A stretch of 64,000 nt of DNA, from the NCBI RefSeq assembly GCF_963921235.1, contig NC_086108.1:50470001-50534000 (forward strand), in the 5' to 3' direction. A model generated the notes under the pieces. The model saw only the letters and a program-made list of their open reading frames with translations. It did not search any database and was not told the DNA's origin. This DNA is from Mobula hypostoma. Its lineage: Eukaryota. The position numbers and the translations under genes were made by a program. Within the stretch, counting starts at the first letter, position 1, and each line of letters begins with the position of its first letter. Below, one piece after another: positions 51,823-63,780 of the stretch.

Positions 51823-54028
51823 ATCTAAAATCTTAGTATCCAACCCTGAGCAAGTCCTGTTCACCTATAACTCTGTGACTGCCGACATAATGTTGCTTAA
51901 ATGGGAACCTGTTTAAATTTCTCACCCTTTTTAATACATCTATGGTCCCATGCCCCATCCCCATTTCCAAAATCCCCCTCCAGTCCCATTTCCTCCATGA
52001 GATTTCTGCTTTGGTTTTATTCTGGTCTTCTGGTTATCTCTAAATATGATCACTCTACCATTGGAAGCCATTTCTTCAGCTACCATGGTCTCTGGAATTC
52101 CCTCCCAAATCTTTTTGCCTTCATTAAGTTGCTCAGCAGAAGCCTTAGGTCATTAGTCCTATTATCTTACGTAGCTTGTTGTCAATTTTTGAGATGATGC
52201 TTTGAACCACCTTTGCAATGTTAAGGTTACAGCCAAATGGAAGTTGTTGTCTAACATTTCTCTCTTTCAGTAATTTAAGTGAAATACAGCACAAAGTAAC
52301 AAAATCATTATGAAGATTTAAGCCACCTGAGAGTCATGTTACATAATCATGAAATGACATTAAAAAATCTTGAATCTTCATACATTTAACCTGAACACAG
52401 AGTACAGAAACTGACCCTCCCATTTACAGCAGTAATCATTCATACATTAAGTTAACCTGCAGCCAGCTGTTAAGGCACGGCCTTAGTAAATTCCTTCAAT
52501 GACCAGGAAGTTTCAATTTACAGACAAATCTCTTTTACCCTGTATTTGAAAAGAGTAATTATAATTAAACCTCTGAAAGTAGGTTCAGAACATCTTTTTC
52601 TATAGATATACATTGAATGGACTAGACTCTAGTCACTAGAGGCAATAAATACTTACATTCCTCAGGGCAATGAGATGATTAGAACATGAATTCTTACCCT
52701 GAACAGAGGAACTGAATGACTTATTCTATTAAGAGGCAGCATTGAACTACTCGATGTGGTTCCTTTCAAATCAATCCTTGCCAAGATTGTGGTGCTTTCT
52801 TCAGAGCATAGACAAAAGGTAACTCAATGGTGCTGGGAGGCTTACTTAAATCTTCTTTCACAGCTTTAGTAGGATTATTGAAAGGTGGAGTCAAATGGAG
52901 AGAGGGCATCCGAACTCTCAACTCGTGATTCAGACAATGCAAATCCTAAGCGATAGGGCAGTCAACAGCTGGTTGATGGTGCTAGGACCCTGCTGGTCTA
53001 CTAATACAAGTCCTTTATTAAATATGATGAAATGTAATTGGTTTACTAAGGTACAAGGAAAAGCTATCTATTTGGTGTGCCATCCAGTCAAATCAATGCC
53101 ATCCATCAGTACATAGGGAAAAACAAAGAATACAAGATTTAGTGGTAGGGTTACAGACTAAGTACAGTGCTGATAGACGAAGTGCAAAGGCCGTGACAAG
53201 GTAGATTGAGAGATCAAGAGTTCAACTTTATCATATAAGAGGTCTGTTCAAGAAACTTACCACAGACAGCAGGATAGAAGCAGTCCTCGAGCCAAGTGCT
53301 ATGTGTTTTCAAGCTTTTGTATAGGTTGATGGGGTGATTAAGAAGGCTTATGGAATGCTTGCGCTTTTACTAGTTGAGATATTGAGTTTAATATATTGCA
53401 GCTTTACAGAACCCTGGTTAGGCCACACCTGAAATTTTGCACACAATTCTGGTTGCCCCACTTATAGGAAGGATGTTGAGGCTTTGGAGAGGGTGCAGAA
53501 AAGGTTTACCAGGATGCTGCCTGGTTTAGAGGGCACGTGCTATCATGAGAGGTTGGGCAATTATGGGTTGTTTTCTCTGCAGTGGCAGAGGCTGAGGGAG
53601 ATCTGATAGAGGTTAATAAGATTACGGGGTCATGGATAGAGTAGACAGGGAGAATCTTTTTCCCAGCGTAAAGATGTCTAATACCAGAGGACATGCATTG
53701 AATTGAGAGGGGTTAGGTTCAAGGGAGATGTGAGGGGTAAGTTTTTTTTTACTCAGTGGTGGATGCCTGGAATGCACTGCCTGATATGATGGTGGACGCA
53801 AGTACATTACAGGCTTTTAAGAGATGTTTAGATAGGCACATGAATATGAGGAAGATGGAGGGATACAGAAATTGTGTAGATAGGAGGGATTAGCTTCTGG
53901 ATTATTTAAATTTACTTTTTAGCTGGTTCAGCCCAACACTGGTGGGAGGAGAAGATGGCGGCGCGACACAGCGTGTGCAGCTCTCCGGTGAAATGATATT
54001 GTATTTGTAAGTAGGATACCGTGCACAA

Positions 54029-54274
54029 ACAACAGGAATTCTGCAGATGCTGGAAATTCAAGCAACACAAAGTTGCTGGTGAACGCAGCAGGCCAGGCAG
54101 CATCTCTAGGAAGAGGTACAGTCGACGTTTCAGGCCGAGACCCTTCGTCAGGACTAACTGAAGGAAGAGTTAGTAAGAGATTTGAAAGTGGGGGGGTGGG
54201 GAAGGGGGAGATCCAAAATGATAGGAGAAGACAGGAGGGGGAGGGATGGAGCCAAGAGCAACTTTGATGTGTGT
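54029..54274 (-). mobile_element. PLE pLTR insertion with intact hammerhead motif and short inverted tail
   Basis: 12-bp TSD TACCGTGCACAA (54017-54028 and 54275-54286). Confidence 0.88.
54119..54156 (-). ncRNA. Minimal type I hammerhead ribozyme motif
   Basis: TAGTC-CTGACGA-AGGGTCTCGGCCT-GAAA-CGTC-GACTG: helix I, CUGANGA core, stem II, GAAA, palindromic ACGT stem III, GUC site. Confidence 0.75.
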
Positions 54275-54884
54275 TACCGTGCACAATTCTGATTTGATGG
54301 AGAATGATGTGAGAAGCACAGAGGAGCATCTGGAGAAACTTCTGCAATGCCCGGTTCGCTGCTGCTGATACTGTGCGATCCAGCATCTCCGGAGGGAAGG
54401 CCCCAAAATCCCCGGCTTTGCCTGCTGCTGGTGACCGAGGCTGGGGTCGAAGCGTTTGGCAGAGATGGTGCTTGGTACTCGGTGTCGGAGGGTTGGTCGG
54501 AGGCTCGAAGTTATCGGACGACTCAGAGTCGGACTGTAGTTGGGTATGGCAGGGAGAGTTTTCTTCCTTCTCCCGTCTGCGTGAGATGTGGGACTTTTGA
54601 GAGACTTTGAACTTCTTTACTGTGCCATGGCCTGTTTGTCATCAAGTTATGGCATTGTTACACTGTTGTAACTATATGTTATAATTATGTGGTTTTTGTT
54701 AGTTTTTCAGTCTTGGTCTGTCCTGTGTTTCTGTGATATCACACCAGAGGAATATTGTATCATTTCTTAATGCATGCATTACTAAATGACAATAAAAGAG
54801 GACTACGTGTCCTCATAATCTAATTTAATCTACCATTGTAGGCCAAAGGGCCTGTTCCTGTGCTGTACTGTTCTATGTTCTATG

Positions 54885-55250
54885 TTATTTCCGATCTGCA
54901 CAGACTGTGGTCTCTCTGTGAGGAAGTTAACGATCCAATTGCAGAGGGAGATAAAGAGGCCCAGATTTCGGAGCTTGCTGATTAGAACCGAAGGTACGAT
55001 TGCATTGAATGCTGAGCTGTAATCAATAAATTGCAGCCTAACGTAGGTATTATTATTGTTCAGATGATCGAAGGCTGAGTGGAGAGCCAGTGAGATTGCA
55101 TCTGCTATATGCGTATTGTGGCAAAAGGCATATTGCAGAGGGTTCTGGTCCTTGGTTAAGCAGGAGTTGATTCTAGTCATGACCTACCTCTCAAAGCATA
55201 TCATCACAGTAAATGTGAGTGGGCAATAGTCGTTGAGGCAGCTCACCCTG
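54885..55250 (-). mobile_element. Rex1/Babar RT fragment
   Basis: PLQYAF...DAISLALH...YVRLQFIDYSSAFNAIVP. Confidence 0.85.
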
Positions 55251-56299
55251 TTCGATATATAAAAATTGGTGAGAGTTATCAGTTATGCCAAATTTCCTTA
55301 GCCTTCTAAGGAGAAAGTTACTGCAGTATTTTCTTGGCTATCGCCTCCACGTGGCTGGACACCTTGGAACAATATAAATGCCTTCAAAAAAATCCATATA
55401 ATTATTAGGACTTGACGAATGGCATTGTTTGTAGTTGTTCTATTTAACAAATGGATGTTTGTTGAAGCACCTAACATCCCTTATATTAAAGGAGTTGCTG
55501 AAGTAGCCTCTCTTGATCAGATTTAAATCATTCTACACTGATCTTCAATGATAATAATCAGTGTTCAGGCAACTTGCAATAGGAAATACAGTGGAAGTCG
55601 AAGGGTAGAACAACTAATACAGTAAGGGACTATCAGAGCTCAACTTTGACCATCCAATAACACTGAAGAGAAATACAGAGGATTCCAATTAATTGGGTCA
55701 TCAGTTAATCGAGGTAGCCACTTACTTGGGACAACCAAAAGAATAAAAACTAATCTAGAAAATAGCTGGGATTGCCTTTGTTTATTTGGGACACCATGCC
55801 TCTTAATTGGGACAGGAGATTGTTGCCGAACAATTTCTAACTAACGTCAGTCATGTGCAACTTGTGTGGCCATTAGACACTGCACCATACTTAGAGCAAA
55901 TAGTTTTTAAATAGCGCCAGTTACATTTGTGTTTAAACAGCAGTGATTTTTGTTGCCGAAAATTGGCGAGAAATAAGCAGTAAGACGATTCCAAATTGCT
56001 TTGCTCACCAGAGTTTCAAGCATGATGCCAGAAATGGTTAGGAATGGAAATTAAACAATTTCACTACGTCAGCAAGTTAAGAACTATGAAGAATGTGAAG
56101 GTGCTGACAATCATCTTGAATGTTACAATAAAAATTAAGATATGGAGGATGCAATCATTAAAGTCAATCCATTATCTGTACTAGGTGTCTGCCCTGATTT
56201 TGTTCATTAATAGTCAATCAAAAGAACATGGCACCATACACTGTATAAATTCCTCTATTAATAATTATCAGGCACCAATACACAGTTTTTATAGCACTA

Positions 56300-57872
56300 C
56301 TAGACAATGGGGTGACCCGCTGGGGCACCCTTTGAGAGAAGGGTAGTGCAGTTTGATATGAGCAGAATGAACATTGAATTTTCCTGAATGCTATTGGTAT
56401 CGCTTTGCATTGGAAACTGAAGTAGAAAACCTCAGTTTATTAAAGAAGAATGGCGCATAGCAAAGCAAATATAGCTGCTCCTCATTTAACGAAGGACACT
56501 TTTGATAGCATCATTTCTGGTTTATCTGCCACCTTGTGCCTCTCGTTGTCATTCTGGAGACATGCAGTTCTTTCATCCCCCGTCTCTTCAGCTCTTCTGC
56601 TGTTTGTCTCTGATCCTGGAGATGTGCATGCCTCTCCTCCTCTGTCTCTTCCTCTCTCATCTTTTTTTTGTCCTGACTCTTTGATCCTGGAGTTGTGCGG
56701 CCCTGGCCTCACCTGATTCTTGTTCTCTCCCTCTCCTTGCCGCTTCCTGACGACGTTTCGCATCATCTCTTGACCATAATGTCCCCCTTCCCTCTCCACG
56801 CGGCATAATTAGGCTGGCCATTTTTTTTTACCCTAATGCTGGATAGAAGATACGAAGCACTAATTCCAAAGGATGCTGATTATTCTTGATGATGTGGCTG
56901 GCGCTCTCCTAAATGGATGTGATATAGTCACCGCTGTCCTTTGACTGCAGCAGAGGGTTTTATGGGTGTCTCGAAGTACGTCATTACAATAAGATTTAAT
57001 TATCTCTTATTGATGGGTGGCAGTTAGATCTGTCCCAATCCTGCACACGCTGATGGTGATTAGCAGAATGTGACCCCTCGAAATCCCTTCCCCTCCCTTC
57101 CCCCATCCCAGTTTCATTCTGCCCCCTCCCGCAGCTGCCTATCACCTCCCTCATGGTTCCACCTCCTTCTACCACCCATTGTGTTTTCCCCTATTCCTTC
57201 TTCACCTTTCCGGCCTATCCCCTCCCTGGCTCCCCTCCCCCACCCCTTTATCTTTCCCCTTACTGGTTTTTCATCTGGCACCTACCAGCCTTCTCCTTTC
57301 CACCCTCCCCCCACCTTCTTTATAGGGCCCCTGCCCCCTCCCTCTCCAGTCCTGACGAAGGGTTCCGGCCCAAAACGTTGACTGATCTTTTCCATGGATG
57401 CTGCCTGACCTGCTTGAGTTCCTCCAGTGTGTTGTGAGTGTTGCTTTGACCCCAGCATCTGCAGATTATTTTGTGCCCTCGAGATAGAGCTGCCCTGCCC
57501 TTCTGCTCCGGTAGGTGTAGCTGCTGAGGCAGGCCGCGTGCATGCGTCGTGGTGTGGCGTCGCAGTCTCCATAGAAGTTGGAGCCAACTCTGTCAGCATT
57601 GTGAGGCGCTGCCCAGGCTGGCCATGCACATACGTCGGGCTGTGGCATCCCAATTTCCATGATGGTCGATAGGGTCTCGGGTGAAAGGCAGCCTGTTGAT
57701 TTTTGGCAAATGAGCAATTTTATACGAATATATAACCCTGCACTTTGCCTGCATTCTGTAAGTTAGTGCATTTTAATTCGATGTAGCCAAAAAAAGTGCC
57801 GCTGTAATGTACGGTTTGCGCTAATCGGAAGTCACAAACAGACAGAGCAAGAGAATTTTAGTAGTATATAAA
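56300..57872 (-). mobile_element. Non-autonomous Helitron
   Basis: 5' end TTTATATACTACTAAAA (canonical TC appears as TT); 3' hairpin GGGTGCCCCAGCGGGTCACCC then CTAG; inserted between A and T with no TSD; remnant MPRG...ETEEERHAHLQDQR repeats. Confidence 0.82.
57082..57475 (+). mobile_element. PLE pLTR inside the Helitron
   Basis: Pyrimidine tract plus degenerate hammerhead (CTGACGA...AAAACGTT); flanked by CCCTCGA. Confidence 0.82.
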
Positions 57873-58280
57873 TAGTAGTATTGGTAGTGTTCTAATTTGT
57901 TCTGTATTTCATTTAAATATACAAATTGTTACCCAGTTAAACACTAGTTTGTCTTTTTATACTTTTTTAACTCTTTCCATGAAACTTCAGGTAATTAGGA
58001 CAGCTGCTTAATTGGGCCAAAATGTACTGGTCTTGATGTATTCCAATTAACCAGAATCCACTGTATAAATAATCAAAAGATCTGAATCATTTGCCCATGA
58101 TTTGCTCAAAGTTAAAACTTTCTATTAAGGGGCAAGTGCTCATCTACTAAAAAATTGATGAAAGAAATAACTAAATGAAAAATATGGTATAAATATTTAA
58201 TTGAGAAACTCTCTTAACCCATTTACTTTTCTGACCCATTGTTGTTCGATGATTTAGACTAAAGAAGAAGAAAATCTTAC

Positions 58281-58378
58281 CATGTTTAAACCTTTGTTCT
58301 CCAAGTGCTATGCTGTGAGACATTTGTGGTTGGAAGTGTGGTAGGTTACCTTTACCCACATAAAGGTACTCTATCTCA
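58281..58378 (-). other. Candidate upstream 5'UTR/start exon of PLA2G4A (unconfirmed)
   Basis: Non-repetitive stretch with cttatcacag acceptor and ATG/gtaaga donor; a terminal ATG would join in frame to VEHQ; no similarity to human MSFIDPYQHII. Confidence 0.2.
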
Positions 58379-59325
58379 CTGTGATAAGACTTAAAAGCCA
58401 TGCTGCCTTCAAAACATTATTCCGTTTTAGTGGCTTCAGACTTTATTAAATGTTAGATATAAAATTATGTGTTTCCACAGGCATCACAAAATAAGCACCG
58501 GAAAGCCACTTGACTACACTCTAAGTCACTCACCACAAATCCATTAAGCACCGGCTCTCGGACATTTCACCCGAACTCAAATGACAACTCCCAATAATAA
58601 TGTTTTTTGTATCAAAATTCTTGCTGACCTCCAAAGTCTTTTGTTACCAGTTTGATTTAATGGTCAGTGCTGACCTTTGATTATATTTCTCCACACAGAT
58701 TGTGTCACATACTTCAAGCATATCGGCATGAAAATGAACCTGTGGCATTACAACACCTTCCTTAGTTATTGTATCCATGCTCTTGGATGAACCTGGAAGA
58801 AGCTCTGAGAGTATCAAGACTCAAAGCATTGACTGTCCATAGATGCTGCCTGACCTACTGAGTTCCTCCAGCTTTTTCTGTTATTCTAGATTCAAGTATC
58901 TGCAATCTCTTGTGCCTGCGGGTTTACCGTTTGTATTGGGAAAATCACCTTGCAACACGAGCCACAGTGAGCTCCATGTTGATCTGTGATAGTTGCACAG
59001 ACCTTGTCCTCTGCCACATTTCTATCTTCTGTCTTATAGATATTGGAAAATCTACAGGGTGTCATATGGTGAATTAAAGGAAACCTGTTCCTGACCTGCT
59101 TTTAGAACTAAATTCATGTGAGTGGTCTGGTAAAGTTCACGGTCAATGGTGACTCCATCAACAGGGAACTTGGAAATTGAAATCCATCAAAGTATCAATG
59201 GTAACTGAAATAATTGATACTCATCTTTTATCAGCTGACTTCTGAACATTTTTTCGGTCTTACTAGATGCAAATATTGTTCACATTAATGGTGCGGCTTG
59301 GATCTTTTGTAGTAATATCCTAAGA

Positions 59326-60037
59326 TAGTCATAGTCATACTTTATTGATCCCGAAGGAAAATGATTTTCATTACAGTTGCACCATAAATAATTAAATAGT
59401 AATATGTAAATTATGCCAGGAAATAAGTCCTGGACCACCTATTGGCTCAGGGTGTCTGACCCTCCAAGGAAGGAGTTGTAAAGTTTGATGGCCACAGGCA
59501 GGAATGACTTCCTATGACGCTCAGTGTTGCAACTTGGTGGAATGAGTCTCTGGCTGAATGTACTCCTGTGCCCAACCAGTACATTATGTAGTGGATGGGA
59601 GACATTGTCCAAGATGGCATGCAACTTAGACAGCATCCTCTTTTCAGACACCACCGTGAGAGAGTCCAGTTCCAACCCCACAACATCACTGGCCTTATCA
59701 ATGAGTTTGTTGATTCTGTTGGTGTCTGCTACCCTCAGCCTGCTGCCCCAGCACACAACAGCAAACATGATAGCACTGGCCACCACAGACTCATAGAATA
59801 TCTTCAGCATCATCCGACAGATGTTAAAGGATCTCAGTCTCCTCAGGAAATAGAGGTGGCTCTGACACTTCTTGTAGACAGCCTCAGTGTTCTTTGACCA
59901 GTCCAGTTTATTGTCAATTTGTATCCCCAGGTATTTGTAATCCTCCACCATGTCCACACTGACCCCCTGGATGGAAACAGGGGTCACCAGTGCCTTAGCC
60001 CTCCTCAGGTCTACCACCAGCTCCTTAGTCTTTTTAC
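59326..60037 (-). mobile_element. Rex1/Babar LINE 3' end, same subfamily as 26205-27135
   Basis: ORF 59439-60017 near identical to 26391-26990; (TATGAC)n tail. Confidence 0.9.
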
Positions 60038-62194
60038 AGATATAGGATGTTTAACTTCCAACATCTTCCTTTGCTTGAGGCACAAATCTGGCAGATGGAG
60101 AGTTATCACTTTGAGATCCTTTCTTTCTACTCCTGGATCCCATACTTGAACAAATGTTGATTGATGCCAAGGGCAGCCACTCATACTTCACCTCTAGAAT
60201 TCACTGCTCTGGTCCAGGCTTGGACCAAAGCTGTGCTGAGGCATAGGGAAATAGCAATCTTCAAGAAGATTGGATAAGTGCCAATAGTTGGAAATGTGTT
60301 GGAATAGCTTGGCCAGGGGTATGGCAAGTTCTGAAGCACAGGTCTTCTATACTGCAGATTGGACGTTTTCTTGTCCCATCGCTTTGCTGCACCTCACACA
60401 GTTGCTTTTTGAAATCATTAAATTTATTTGCATCCTTCACATTGCATTAAACTGGATTTGTACATGATACATATGGATAGAGAGCCAGACAGTGAATAGC
60501 CAAACAGTGTAACTTCAAACAGCATGCCATAAGACTCTTCTCATCACTAGTTCAAAATTCTTTCAAGTGACCAAGCCTCATGAATAGTACAAGAAACTCA
60601 CAAAGCAAAAGAATTGAAATCTACTTTAATGTTAATTAAAGAGACTCCAACTGAACAACTGCACTGCCATATTGTCCAAGGCATCCACTGTGCTGCAGCT
60701 AGGTCCTCCTTCAAGTCATTTCCTTCACCTTTGCTTGCACCCTCCTGTGCCCTAGCTGCCAGAAATCAGGGATGTTGCCATCGTGCACAGGCCACCAGTT
60801 AGTCACATGCTGGATTTATCCAGCCAACGTGTTCTTCCTACCAACATCCAATCTTCTGTCCAAACACAGCAGCACCACCATCCCCAAAAGGTTCAATATC
60901 CCCCGTCACAAGCCCTCAGCCCATTCACACAACTAAACCAACCCCTACCCTCATCACCCTACAATCAATTACAGGCCCAATCCAGGGAGTAGAAAAAAAC
61001 TTGGGACGATCAGGTAGCGCTTTGGACTCTTATGTGCAATTCAATTCAATGTTGTTGGGGACCTTGGAATTGTAACTGGTTTATTGTTATTACATACACT
61101 GAGGTATAGTGAAAAGCTTGTCTAGTGTACTGTTCATAAAGATCAATTCCTTACAAAGTACAAGATAAATCAATAACAATGCAAAATAAAGTGTAACAGC
61201 TACAGAGAAGGTGCAGTGCAGGTATACAATAAGTGCAAGATCATAACAAGGCAGATTGTGAGGTCAGAGTCCATTTTATCATACTAGGGAACCATTCAGT
61301 AGTCTTATCGCAGCAGGCTAGAAGCTGTCCTTGAGCCAGGTAGCATGTGCCATCAGGTATTTATATCTTCTGCTCAACAGGAAAGGGAAGAAAAGAAAGT
61401 GTCCAGAGTGGGTGGGGTCTTTGATTTTGCTGGCTGTTTTACTGAAGCAGAAAGCATAAACAGAGTCTATGGAAGGGAAGCCGGCTTATACGATGATATG
61501 CATGTCCACAACTCTTTGCCAGATCTATGCTACCTTTATGCACCTTCTCCGGCATGTTGAGTGATGGTACAGCATGTGTTGTCTACTGAGAACTACAGTG
61601 TGGATTCTCATCAGTGGGTTCACATTTGGACGTTCCAGTGTCAGGAACCTGGAAAGTAATGCAACTTCAAAAAGTAGTTACATAAATCTGACATACAATA
61701 GTGCACAGATAATGTGTTGCAGCTGCAACATGTGGGAGCTCACGGAAACCACTGTGACAACAAGATTGGCTAAGTGCCGGTAGTTAGAAATGTATTGCAA
61801 AAGCAGCTGAAGGGACTTGGGCCAAATGAGCTGGAATCTGAGATTCAGACAGTCCCAGGAATCATGGAGGGGATTAAAGTTTTCTCCAAGAGACAGCCAC
61901 ATCCCTTGAATTAAGATCTGCATGATTGGTCAGTCAAGAGGGAAAAGAAAGGAATGGAGGTTGAACATAAAACGTAGAAATTTACAGCACATTACAGGCC
62001 CTTCGGCCCACAATGTTGTGCCAACCATGTAACCTACTATAGAGACTGCCTAGAATTTCCCTAGTGCATAGCCCTCTATTTTTCTAAGCTCCATGTACCT
62101 ATCTAAGAGGGTCTTAAAATACTCTATTGAAGCTGTGGACTCTATAGAGATAACTTTGTACAAGAGTATAAAGAGGAAACAAGTGTCCAGGCAA

Positions 62195-62438
62195 ACAACA
62201 GGAATTCTGCAGATGCTGGAAATTCAAGCAACACACATCAAAGTTGCTGGTGAACGCAGCAGGCCAGGCAGCATCTCTAGGAAGAGGTACAGTCGACGTT
62301 TCAGGCTGAGACCCTTCGTCAGGACTAACGAAGTCTGAGTCCTGACGAAGGGTCTCGGCCTGAAACGTCGACTGTACCTCTTCCTGGAAATGCTGCCTGG
62401 CCTGCTGCATTCACCAGCAACTTTGATGTGTGTTGCTT
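62195..62438. mobile_element. Palindromic PLE pLTR insertion
   Basis: 101-bp inverted arms 62226-62326 and 62338-62438, 11-nt spacer; 14-bp TSD AAGTGTCCAGGCAA (62181-62194 and 62439-62452). Confidence 0.92.
62338..62373 (+). ncRNA. Minimal hammerhead ribozyme motif (mirror copy on the minus strand at about 62291-62326)
   Basis: AGTC-CTGACGA-AGGGTCTCGGCCT-GAAA-CGTC-GACT. Confidence 0.75.
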
Positions 62439-63349
62439 AAGTGTCCAGGCAATTTTTTTTTCCAGATCTAACACTGGACAAAGAAAAAAATCATCATGTC
62501 ATGCAACATCTGTTGAGGCAAAGGGATGGTCAATGAGAGATTTTATTAATAATCTAGTAGTTAAATAGCATTTAGGGAAAAATTATACTGATAGGATAAT
62601 CTTTTTGTAAAAGGAATAAAAACCATTTCATTCAAGCTAGAATCAGGATCTTAACATCTAGACAAAATAATCCATGTAGTTATGAAATGTTAGTTGGCTG
62701 TGGAGGGTTGGGGAAATAATTTAAAAGAGTTGACAGTAAACAAGTATAACTAGTACTTACACACACTTTGCTGCAAATGTATTTCTTTCTAAGGCACAAA
62801 CAAAAAAAATCAATAGGAAATGGCTTATCACCAAAGTGCACAAAGCCTGAAGATTGTCAGGCTCCAGCAAAGGAGGACCAGAAAATTGTTAAGGGTAATT
62901 CCAGCCAAAAGCAAAACGGTAAAAGATTGCATAAGTCTGCAAAAAGAAACACAAATGTAAAAGTTAACCTGAGTGCCATAAAGACAGAGACTGGAGTGAC
63001 ACCCTAATAGCAAATAAGTTAAACAAATATCTTCTGCCTTCATGAAGGAGATATATAATAATCAAGTACAGGGAAAGAAAGTACACTGGCAAAACTCGGT
63101 CACTGAGCGCATGACTCAATCTCCACCCAGAGAGGGCAGCAGCATAGCTACGTGTGTCACAGGGCTCCAAACCCCACTCACATTTCCCTGCTAATGGTAT
63201 GTAGTTTGATCTTGGTTTAAAAAAAGATAAAATTTTGTTCAGCTCATTCATCCTATGACTATCTCTGGCAGACGAGCATGGACCTTTTTGAACAAGAACT
63301 ACTATTCAATTTACTAGATGAAAAGATAGTGAAACCAGTTTTAGTCACG

Positions 63350-63780
63350 ACTTTCAGAAGGGATTTGGACATGTATTTGAAAAGGAACACTGGCTAGTCT
63401 CCAGTCCTCTGGGATCTTGCCTGTGATTTAAGAGGATACAAACACCTCTGTCACATTCCTAGTAATATCCTCTCTTGCCTCTGTCTATAGCCTGGGATAG
63501 ATCCCATCGTGCCCTAGTGACAAATCCACCTTACAGTACGTCAAGTGACCAAACACTTCCTCCTCGACGTCAACACATCACAGAACATTAGCATACTCCT
63601 CCCTGATTTCACTATCCTCCATGTCCTCCTCCTCCTCAGCAAATACTGATGTGAAGTAATTCTTCAGGATTTCACCCACTTTCACCAGCTCCAGGCACAA
63701 ATACCCTCCTTTGTCCTTCAGTGGTCCTACCCACTCCCTTTAACCTATGTATATTATGATTGATATTTTAAAATGCTTTT
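63350..63780 (-). mobile_element. Decayed CR1 ORF2 fragment
   Basis: Reverse-strand remnants of RVGPLKDKGG..., ILKNYFTSVF and the SPGPDGI-type motif. Confidence 0.6.

Larger units (their letters stand above)
53945..54830 (+). mobile_element. Non-coding retroposon with AAGATGGCGGCG head and AATAAA...(TAATC)n tail
   Basis: GC-rich 5' half, AT-rich 3' half, simple-repeat tail; hosts a PLE insertion. Confidence 0.6.
53320..54885 (+). mobile_element. CR1 3' fragment whose 3'UTR is interrupted at about 53945-54830
   Basis: LVRPHL..., RFTRMLPGL; 3'UTR resumes at ggccaaagggcctgt...ttctatgttctatg. Confidence 0.8.
55677..58063 (+). mobile_element. Tigger/pogo-like deletion derivative, copy 3 (contains a Helitron)
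   Basis: TA/CAGAGGATTCCAATTAA ... TTAACCAGAATCCACTG/TA; KTIPNCFAH remnant; colinear with copy 2. Confidence 0.9.

Noticed and set aside
57345..57385. Functional hammerhead in the Helitron-nested PLE
   Set aside because: GAAA is mutated to AAAA and the site to GTT; likely inactive
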